Source: Kineococcus radiotolerans SRS30216 = ATCC BAA-149 (GTDB taxonomy: Bacteria > Actinomycetota > Actinomycetes > Actinomycetales > Kineococcaceae). From it: DNA of 32,000 bases. The notes beneath the pieces are model-generated. The model ran no database searches. It was not told where the DNA came from and saw only the letters and a list, made by a program, of their open reading frames with translations. A program made the position numbers and the translations under genes. The stretch spans positions 1,470,001-1,502,000 of the forward strand of contig NC_009664.2 of NCBI RefSeq assembly GCF_000017305.1, read 5' to 3'. This document shows, in pieces, positions 6,902 to 16,144 of this stretch. The number at the start of each line of letters is the position of its first letter. Within the stretch, counting starts at the first letter, position 1.

Positions 6902-7326
6902 GCGGCGCGACCGCCGCGCCGCCCCCCGGGGGACGCGGCGGGGCCCAGGACGAGCGCTCCCTCGGCGAGATCGTCGGCAGCATCACCGGCGAGTTCTCCA
7001 CCCTGGTCCGCCAGGAGATCGCCCTCGCCAAGGCCGAGGCCACCCAGGACGCCAAGACCGCGGGCAAGGGCGTCGGCCTGCTGGCCGGGGCCGGTGTCGC
7101 GGGGCACCTGTTCCTCATCGCGCTGTCGGCCCTGATCGTCATCGCCCTGGGCGGGGTGATCGGCTACGGCTGGTCCGCGCTCATCGTGACCGTCGTCTGG
7201 GCGATCATCGCCGCCGTCCTGGCGACCCGCGGCAAGAAGGAACTCACGAAGATCCCCCCGCCCCTGGAACAGACCCAGCAGAGCCTGAAGGAGGACGCGC
7301 AGTGGCTGAAGAACCGCAACAGCTGA
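6898..7326 (+). CDS. Holin-X / phage-holin-3_6-like two-TM membrane protein (non-phage context)
   Basis: GTG 6898 overlaps the upstream stop (GTGA), in frame with track ORF 5878..7326. Sequence SLGEIVGSITGEFSTLVRQEIALAKAEATQDAK plus two TM helices plus KKELTKIPPPLEQTQQSLKEDAQWLK. Confidence 0.75.
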   Translation: MSGATAAPPPGGRGGAQDERSLGEIVGSITGEFSTLVRQEIALAKAEATQDAKTAGKGVGLLAGAGVAGHLFLIALSALIVIALGGVIGYGWSALIVTVVWAIIAAVLATRGKKELTKIPPPLEQTQQSLKEDAQWLKNRNS

Positions 7327-8084
7327 AGCAGGACATCGAGGGGACGCGCAGCCAGCTGACCACCGACCTGGACGCGCTGACCGAGAAGCTGAACCCGTCG
7401 AACGTGGCCCACCGCCAGGTCGACAAGGCCAAGGCCAGCGTCGCCGGGGTGAAGGACCGCATCATGGGCTCCGCCCACGACGCCGCCGACTCCGTGCGCG
7501 GCACGACGGGTTCCCTCACCGACTCCGTGCACGGCACGACGGGTTCGGTCACCGACTCCGTGCGCGGCGCTGCCGACTCCGTGCGCGGCGCTGCCGGCTC
7601 CGGCCGCGACGCCGTCGCGGGCAGCCCGGCCGCGGTCAAGCAGCGCACCCGGGGCAACCCGCTGGCCGCGGGCCTCATCGCCCTCGGCGCTGGCTGGCTG
7701 CTGTCCTCGCTGATCCCGGCCTCCTCCAAGGAGACCGAGGCCACCGGCGCCCTCGTCGAGAAGGCGAAGACCGCCGGTCAGCCGCTGCTGGACGAGGCCA
7801 AGAGCGTCGCCTCCGACATCGGCGCCTCGCTGGGCGAGCACGCCAAGGACGCGGCCGCCTCCGTCAAGGAGACCGCGCAGGAAGCGGCGAGCACGGTCCA
7901 GGAGGACGCCCGCGGGGCGGCCGACACCGTGCGCCAGGACGCGCAGGGCGCTGCGGGCACGGTCAAGCAGGACGCCCAGGGCGCTGCGGGCACCGTGAAG
8001 CAGGACGCCCAGGGTGCGGCCGGGGCCGTCAAGGAGCACGGGCAGAGCGCCGCCGCGGACGTCAAGGGCACCGCGACCCGCTGA
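7302..8084 (+). CDS. DUF3618-like single-TM protein with two 11-residue repeat arrays
   Basis: GTG 7302 has AAGGAGG 7 nt upstream and overlaps the previous gene by 25 nt. The N-terminus LKQDIEGTRSQLTTDLDALTEKL is typical of DUF3618. The TM helix is GNPLAAGLIALGAGWLLSSLIPA. Confidence 0.8.
   Translation: MAEEPQQLKQDIEGTRSQLTTDLDALTEKLNPSNVAHRQVDKAKASVAGVKDRIMGSAHDAADSVRGTTGSLTDSVHGTTGSVTDSVRGAADSVRGAAGSGRDAVAGSPAAVKQRTRGNPLAAGLIALGAGWLLSSLIPASSKETEATGALVEKAKTAGQPLLDEAKSVASDIGASLGEHAKDAAASVKETAQEAASTVQEDARGAADTVRQDAQGAAGTVKQDAQGAAGTVKQDAQGAAGAVKEHGQSAAADVKGTATR
7842..8072 (+). repeat. in-frame 33-bp/11-aa repeat array (7 units; the central 3 units, 7941-8039, are near-identical)
   Basis: AKDAAASVKET AQEAASTVQED ARGAADTVRQD AQGAAGTVKQD AQGAAGTVKQD AQGAAGAVKEH GQSAAADVKGT. 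A second, different array (DSVRGTTGSLT-type) lies at 7485-7616. Confidence 0.85.
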
Positions 8085-8106
8085 GCACCGGCACCACCGC
8101 ACGCAC

Positions 8107-8144
8107 CGACGGGCGGCCGCGACTCACGTCGCGGCCGCCCGTCG
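8107..8144. terminator. bidirectional terminator hairpin between convergent genes
   Basis: CGACGGGCGGCCGCGAC-tcac-GTCGCGGCCGCCCGTCG, a perfect 17-bp stem with a 4-nt loop, lying between stop 8084 (+) and stop 8157 (-). Confidence 0.65.
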
Positions 8145-8156
8145 GCGTTCCCGAGC

Positions 8157-9188
8157 TCAGAGGGTGCCGGGCACCGTGCTCGCGCTGCCGTCGGCGGCCG
8201 CGGCCAGCGCCGGGACGGCCTGCTCGACGGCGAACGGCAGGGACAGCGGGCTCGAGTTGCCCAGCGCACCGGCGAAGTCGCTGGAGAACGTCGGCACGTA
8301 GACGGTGCGCCCCTCGGTGACGACGGCCAGACCCGCGGCCACGGGGTTCGCGGCGAACTCCTGGGCGCTCTGGCCCAGGACGACGAGGACGTCGGTGTCG
8401 AGGGCGACGACCTGCTCCTCGCTGAGGCTGCCGTCCGCGCTGGCGACCGGGTTCTCCTCGAAGCCGAACTGGAGGAAGAAGTCCCCGCGCGGGTCGGCGG
8501 AGTCGAGCTGGTAGTAGCCCTGGTTGTAGAGCACCACGCTCACCGTCTTGCCCGCGAACTCGGGGTGGGCGTCGACGGCGTCCTGGAAGTCGCTCTCGAC
8601 GTCGCCGGTGAGGGAGGTGGCCTCGTCGGACTTCCCCAGGGCCCGGCCGATGACCGCGAGCTCCTCCTGCCAGCTCGCGGCGGCCGTGGAGTCCGCCCCC
8701 TCCCCCGCGGGGATGACGTCACCGATGGTGGGGGCGATGGCCGTGAGCTTGTCGTAGTCGGCCTGCGTGAGGTACGCGTAGGCGCCGACGATGAGGTCGG
8801 GCTGGAGCGAGGCGATGGTCTCGAAGTTCAGCTCGGCCTGGCCGACCGAGGGGATGCCGCCGGCGGGCAGCAGGTCCACGGCCCAGGGGCGCTGGCTGGC
8901 GTCGTAGCTGCCCAGGGGGGTGCGCGCTCCCACCGGGGTGACGCCGAGGGCGAGGACGAAGTCCTCCTCGTTGTACCCCACGGTCACGACCCGGGTGGGG
9001 GCCGACTCGATCGTGGTGGAGCCGAGCTTGTGCTCGACGGTGACGGGGAAGGTCCCGTCCCCGGTCGCGGGGGTGCCGGCGGAGGGGGTGGTCCCCGAGC
9101 CGGCGGAGTCGTCGTCACCCCCGCACGCGGTCAGGGAGGCGAGGGCGCCGGTCGAGGCCAGCGCGGCGAGGAGGGATCGGCGATGCAC
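8157..9188 (-). CDS. iron-siderophore-type ABC transporter substrate-binding lipoprotein (orphan: no permease or ATPase nearby)
   Basis: 343 aa with GTG start. The signal MHRRSLLAALASTGALASLTAC contains an RR motif and a lipobox Cys. FPVTVEHKLGSTTIESAPTRVVTVGYNEEDFVLALGVTPVG is typical of FecB/FhuD-like class III binding proteins. Confidence 0.85.
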   Translation of the reverse strand: MHRRSLLAALASTGALASLTACGGDDDSAGSGTTPSAGTPATGDGTFPVTVEHKLGSTTIESAPTRVVTVGYNEEDFVLALGVTPVGARTPLGSYDASQRPWAVDLLPAGGIPSVGQAELNFETIASLQPDLIVGAYAYLTQADYDKLTAIAPTIGDVIPAGEGADSTAAASWQEELAVIGRALGKSDEATSLTGDVESDFQDAVDAHPEFAGKTVSVVLYNQGYYQLDSADPRGDFFLQFGFEENPVASADGSLSEEQVVALDTDVLVVLGQSAQEFAANPVAAGLAVVTEGRTVYVPTFSSDFAGALGNSSPLSLPFAVEQAVPALAAAADGSASTVPGTL

Positions 9189-9192
9189 CCCT

Positions 9193-9211
9193 GGAGGTTA
9201 GCCTAACCTCG
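9193..9211. promoter_or_regulatory. IdeR/DtxR-type iron box
   Basis: The minus strand reads cgAGGTTAGGCTAACCTcc, against the 19-bp consensus TTAGGTTAGGCTAACCTAA. That is 15/19 identical with the central 15 bp perfect. It ends 5 nt upstream of the lipoprotein start codon. Confidence 0.6.
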
Positions 9212-9293
9212 GGTGGAGCCGCCCACCCCCCGCTCCCCCGCCGCGACGGTGACCCCCCGGGGAACCCGTGAGGTCACCGCCCGTGACGGCGGG

Positions 9294-12470
<3,177 letters not shown>

Positions 12471-12474
<4 letters not shown>

Positions 12475-12869
12475 AGCGAGTCCAATCCGTCGCGCACACG
12501 GCGCACGTCGTCGGGAGTCCCGAAGAGTTCGAAGCGGTACAGGTGGGGCACCCGGCACTTGGCGGCGACGACGTCGCCGGCCGCGGCGTAGTGCTCCCCG
12601 AAGTTGGTGTTGCCCGCCCCGATGACGCCCCGGATGAGGGCGCGGTGGGCGGGGTCGTTGAGGAAGCGGATGACCTGCTTGGGGACCGCTCCCGCCCCGT
12701 CGCCGCCGCCGTAGGTGGGGACGATGAGGACGTAGGGCTCGGTGACGTCCAGGGGCTCGTCACGCGGGCGGAGCGGGATCCGCAGGGCCGGCCGCTCCAG
12801 CTGGAGCTTGCCCACGAAGCGGTGGGTGTTGCCCGAGACGCTGGAGAAGTAGACGACGCCGGGCTTCAC
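12471..12869 (-). CDS. nrdI: flavodoxin-like RNR maturation protein NrdI
   Basis: GTG 12869 (AGGAG 6 nt upstream) within track ORF 12471..13286. Sequence [18 protein letters not shown]...LIVPTYGGG...[13 protein letters not shown]. Confidence 0.9.
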
Positions 12870-12889
12870 GGGTGCTCCTGCGGGAACGG

Positions 12890-13129
12890 TCAGACGGAGG
12901 CGGTGGCGCGGGCCAGGGCGTCGATGCGGTCGGGGCGGAAGCCCGACCAGTGGTCCTCGCCGGCCACGACGACGGGCGCCTGCACGTACCCGAGGGAGCG
13001 CACCAGGGCCATGGCGTCGGCGTCGACCGTCACGTCGACGACCTCGTAGGCGATGCCCTTGCGGTCGAGCGCGCGGTAGGTGGCCTTGCACTGCACGCAG
13101 GAGGGCGTGCTGTAGACGGTGGTGCTCAT
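12890..13129 (-). CDS. nrdH: glutaredoxin-like protein NrdH
   Basis: ATG 13129 (GAGGAAGGA upstream) within track ORF 12890..13228. [22 protein letters not shown] carries the CVQC redox motif, and WSGFRPDRI is also present. Confidence 0.9.
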   Translation of the reverse strand: MSTTVYSTPSCVQCKATYRALDRKGIAYEVVDVTVDADAMALVRSLGYVQAPVVVAGEDHWSGFRPDRIDALARATASV

Positions 13130-13224
13130 GGGTGGTCCTTCCTCGGGTCCTGCCGTGCCGTCCGGTGCGTGGGTCCCGACCAGGTGCTTCGACCCCCGCG
13201 CGCCGTGCTGCTGACGTGTCTCGA

Positions 13225-13240
13225 ACACTACCCCTAGGGG
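13225..13240 (-). promoter_or_regulatory. putative NrdR box (proximal)
   Basis: The plus strand reads ACACTAcccCTAGgGg, 10/16 against the NrdR consensus acaCwAtATaTwGtgt. Its centre is 32 bp from the distal box, which is the canonical spacing for tandem NrdR boxes. Confidence 0.4.
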
Positions 13241-13256
13241 GCCGTGTGGAAAACCG

Positions 13257-13272
13257 GCACAAGATGGTGTGT
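13257..13272 (-). promoter_or_regulatory. putative NrdR box (distal)
   Basis: gCACAAgATggTGTGT, 12/16 against the NrdR consensus, lying 128-143 nt upstream of the nrdH ATG. Confidence 0.5.
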
Positions 13273-13584
13273 GACAAGGATGTCATTCACCCATCGGACC
13301 CGGCCGGGCGCCACCTGAGCGCGGCAAGCCCCTGACCTGCGGTTCTGCCCCGTCGTCACCCCCCTGGCGGCCACCCGTCGTCAGTAGTCGTGACTCAGCG
13401 TGTTCGGCGTGTCGTGTCGCGTCGGCGTGTCCTCCACAGGGGGATCGCGGCCGGTCCCCACCTCGTCCACACCTCCGTCCACAACACCTGGGGTCCCAGG
13501 GGCCGGTCCACCCCCAGATGCTGTGCCGCGGCGGGGCCGGCTCCCCGCCCGCCCTCCCCGGGTCCCGCGCGGGCGGCGGGGGCC

Positions 13585-14586
13585 TCAGGGGGCGGGGTGG
13601 CGCCCGGTGGAGCGGCGGACGACGAGCTCGGGCTCGAAGACGACCTGCTGCGCGGGCGCGCCCTCGACCTGGGCGAGCAGGAGCTCCACCGCGGTGCGTC
13701 CCAGCAGCTCCCGCGGCTGGCGCACCGAGGTCAGCGGGACGCTCGCGGTGGCGGCGAACCCGATGTCGTCGTACCCGACGAGGGCGAGCTCCTCGGGCAC
13801 CCGGACCCCGCGGCGCACGCACTCGTTGAGCACCCCGAGGGCCAGGAGGTCGTTGGCGCAGAACACCGCGCTGGCCCGCTCCCCGGCCGGTGCGGCGAGG
13901 ATCCGGGCGGCGGCCTGCGAACCGTCCCGCACCGAGAGGCCGCCGGCGTCGACCACCTCGACCGTCCCCGCCGCCCCCACCGCCTCGCGCACCCCGCGCA
14001 GGCGCTCCTCGACCTGCCGCAGCGGGGTCGAGGACCCCACGTAGGCGAGGCGCCGGTGCCCGGCGCCGACGAGGTGCTCCCCGGCCAGCCGGCCGCCCAG
14101 GACGTCGTCGACGGCCACCGAGGACTGCCCCGTCGTGGCCGCGCCGCGGTCGACGAGCACGACGGGCGTCCCGTGCTCGCGCACCTCCGACAGGACGGGG
14201 CTGGGCGCGTCGTGCACGGGGGTGAGCAGGACGCCGAGGACGCGCTGCTGGTCCAGCCGGCGCAGGTGGCGCGCCTCCCGGTCGGCGGAACCGCCGCTGT
14301 TGCACATCACCACGAGGGAGTCGTGGCGCTCGGCGACCTCTTCCGCCCCGGCGATGACGTCGGTGAAGAACGGGTTCGCCACGTCGAGGACGACCACGGC
14401 GATCGTCCGGCTCACCCCCGCGCGCAGCTGGCGGGCGGACTCGTTGCGGACGAACCCGAGCTCGGCGATCGCGTCCTGCACCCGGGTGCGCAACGCCTCG
14501 GAGACCACCTCGGGCCGGTTGAGGACGTTGCTGACCGTCCCCAGCGACACCCCGGCCCGCCGGGCGACCTCCTTGACCGTCGCCAT
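13585..14586 (-). CDS. LacI-family transcriptional regulator
   Basis: 333 aa. MATVKEVARRAGVSLGTVSNVLNRPEVVSEALRTRVQDAIAELGFVRNESARQLR is a classic LacI HTH. It is followed by a periplasmic-binding-protein-like sugar-binding core. Confidence 0.9.
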   Translation of the reverse strand: MATVKEVARRAGVSLGTVSNVLNRPEVVSEALRTRVQDAIAELGFVRNESARQLRAGVSRTIAVVVLDVANPFFTDVIAGAEEVAERHDSLVVMCNSGGSADREARHLRRLDQQRVLGVLLTPVHDAPSPVLSEVREHGTPVVLVDRGAATTGQSSVAVDDVLGGRLAGEHLVGAGHRRLAYVGSSTPLRQVEERLRGVREAVGAAGTVEVVDAGGLSVRDGSQAAARILAAPAGERASAVFCANDLLALGVLNECVRRGVRVPEELALVGYDDIGFAATASVPLTSVRQPRELLGRTAVELLLAQVEGAPAQQVVFEPELVVRRSTGRHPAP

Positions 14587-14623
14587 CGGCGCAGGATCCC
14601 ACTCCCCCTCGGCCGCCCGCCGC

Positions 14624-14950
14624 TCAGTCCAGGTGGAAGTACTCCACGAGCCGCTCCCGGGGGCGGTCGCTCCCGTCGCCGGGGGCGGGCCGGAAGTACT
14701 TCGACATCGTCGCCTCCCACCGCGCCGAGACGTCCTCGCGGTCCATGGCCGCGGTGGCCGCGGCGAAGTCGTCGGTCTCGCAGTAGCCCACGACGAGGCC
14801 GTCCTCGGCGCGCAGGAAGAGCGAGTAGTCGCGCCACCCGCTGCGGGTCAGCGCCTCGAGGACCTCCGGCCACACCTCGCGGTGGACCTCCAGGTACTCC
14901 GCCACCAGCTCCGGCCGCAGGTGCAGCAGGAAGCAGGCTCGTTCGCTCAC
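14624..14950 (-). CDS. rhaM: L-rhamnose mutarotase
   Basis: GTG 14950 (GAGGAG 6 nt upstream) within track ORF 14624..15103. The 108-aa sequence CFLLHLRPELVAEYLEVHREVWPEVLEAL...YSLFL...RWEATMSKYF...LVEYFHLD follows the YiiL/RhaM pattern. Confidence 0.8.
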   Translation of the reverse strand: MSERACFLLHLRPELVAEYLEVHREVWPEVLEALTRSGWRDYSLFLRAEDGLVVGYCETDDFAAATAAMDREDVSARWEATMSKYFRPAPGDGSDRPRERLVEYFHLD

Positions 14951-14983
14951 GGGGTTCTCCTCGACGGTCGGCGCCGACCGGCT

Positions 14984-14997
14984 TTGACACGATTCAA
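14984..14997. promoter_or_regulatory. candidate LacI-type operator
   Basis: TTGAcaCGatTCAA, a 14-bp palindrome (10/14 symmetric) with a central CG. It lies 34 nt upstream of the rhaM start in the rhaM / DHH divergent region. Confidence 0.3.
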
Positions 14998-15132
14998 CCT
15001 GGCCGGGCCGAGTCTGGCGCCCGCTCCCGGCGGCGTCAAGGGACCCCCGGGAGCCCCGCCCGGCCCTGCCCGGCCCCCTCCCGGACACCCGTCCGGGCGA
15101 CACCGGGGCCCACCGGCGTCAAGATCGACCTC

Positions 15133-16083
15133 GTGAGCGCCGATCACCCGGGTGTGAGCGAAACCTTCCGCCTCGTGACCCGCAGCGACTTCGACGGGCT
15201 GGTCTGCGCGGTCCTGCTGCGCCAGCTCGACCTCGTCGACGAGATCACCTTCGTGCACCCCAAGGACGTCCAGGACGGGGTCGTCGAGATCAGCGGCCGC
15301 GACATCCTCACGAACCTGCCCTACGACCCGCGGGCGCACCTCGTCTTCGACCACCACCACTCCGAGACGCTGCGCAACGGCGAGCGCCCCAACCACGTCA
15401 TCGACGCCGACGCGCCGTCGGCCGCCCGCGTGGTGTTCGACCACTACGGCGGGGCCGACCGGTTCCCGAAGATCTCCGACGAGCTGATGCGGGCCGTCGA
15501 CCAGGCCGACTCCGCCCAGTACTCCGTCGAGGAGATCCTGCGCCCGACCGGCTGGACGCTGCTGAACTTCCTCATGGACTCGCGCACCGGCCTGGGCCGC
15601 TTCCGCGACTTCCGGATCTCCAACTACCAGCTCATGATGCAGCTCATCGACGCCTGCATCGAGCACCAGGACGTCGAGGAGATCCTCGCCCTGCCCGACG
15701 TCGCCGAGCGCGTCGAGCTCTTCCACGCCCAGGCCGAGCTGTTCGAGGCCCAGCTGCGGCGGGTCACGACCCTGCACGGCGACGTGGCGGTGCTGGACCT
15801 GCGCGAGGAGGAGACGATCCACGCCGGCAACCGGTTCTTCGTCTACGCGCTGTACCCGCAGGCCCGGGTCTCGATGCACGTCCTGTGGGGCCGGGCCAAG
15901 CAGAACACCGTGTTCGCGATCGGGAAGTCCATCGTCGACCGCACCTCCCCCGTCGACGTCGGCGGCGTCTGCCTGCAGCACGGCGGCGGTGGCCACCTGG
16001 CCGCGGGGACCTGCCAGGTCCCCCACGAGGACTCCGAGCGCGTCCTGGCCGAACTGGTGGGGAAGCTGCGCACCGAGCGCTGA
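15133..16083 (+). CDS. DHH-superfamily phosphoesterase (NrnB / exopolyphosphatase-like)
   Basis: This is the C-terminal third of track ORF 13390..16083, starting at GTG 15133 (alternative GTG 15154). Sequence FRLVTRSDFDGLVCAVLL...LVFDHHHSE...GGGGHLAAGTC contains the DHH and GGGH motifs. Confidence 0.75.
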   Translation: MSADHPGVSETFRLVTRSDFDGLVCAVLLRQLDLVDEITFVHPKDVQDGVVEISGRDILTNLPYDPRAHLVFDHHHSETLRNGERPNHVIDADAPSAARVVFDHYGGADRFPKISDELMRAVDQADSAQYSVEEILRPTGWTLLNFLMDSRTGLGRFRDFRISNYQLMMQLIDACIEHQDVEEILALPDVAERVELFHAQAELFEAQLRRVTTLHGDVAVLDLREEETIHAGNRFFVYALYPQARVSMHVLWGRAKQNTVFAIGKSIVDRTSPVDVGGVCLQHGGGGHLAAGTCQVPHEDSERVLAELVGKLRTER

Positions 16084-16105
16084 CCACCCGCCCGGTGGGC
16101 GGTGA

Positions 16106-16132
16106 CCGGCCCGGTGGGCACCGCCGGGCCGG
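16106..16132. terminator. hairpin between the convergent DHH and MFS genes
   Basis: CCGGCCCGG-tgggcaccg-CCGGGCCGG, a 9-bp stem. A smaller hairpin lies at 16087-16101. Confidence 0.35.
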
Positions 16133-16144
16133 CCGCGGTGGCGC

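Noticed and set aside
6898-7326. A holin-family gene as a sign of a prophage lysis cassette.
   Set aside because: No endolysin, spanin, terminase, capsid, tail or integrase gene and no att-like repeat occur anywhere in the window. The gene is overlap-coupled to non-phage stress-type neighbours.
13130-13584. A possible cobalamin riboswitch in the long nrdH upstream region (B12 riboswitches control some actinobacterial RNR operons).
   Set aside because: I could not find a B12-box-like core (AGYCMGGAGACCKGCC-type) or the GGTGAAAATCC-type elements on the nrd strand. An Rfam scan would be decisive.
13390-15132. The N-terminal ~580 aa of the 897-aa plus-strand ORF 13390..16083.
   Set aside because: It is antisense to the LacI regulator and rhaM and has low-complexity composition. 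Only the last ~316 codons (the DHH phosphoesterase) are protein-like.
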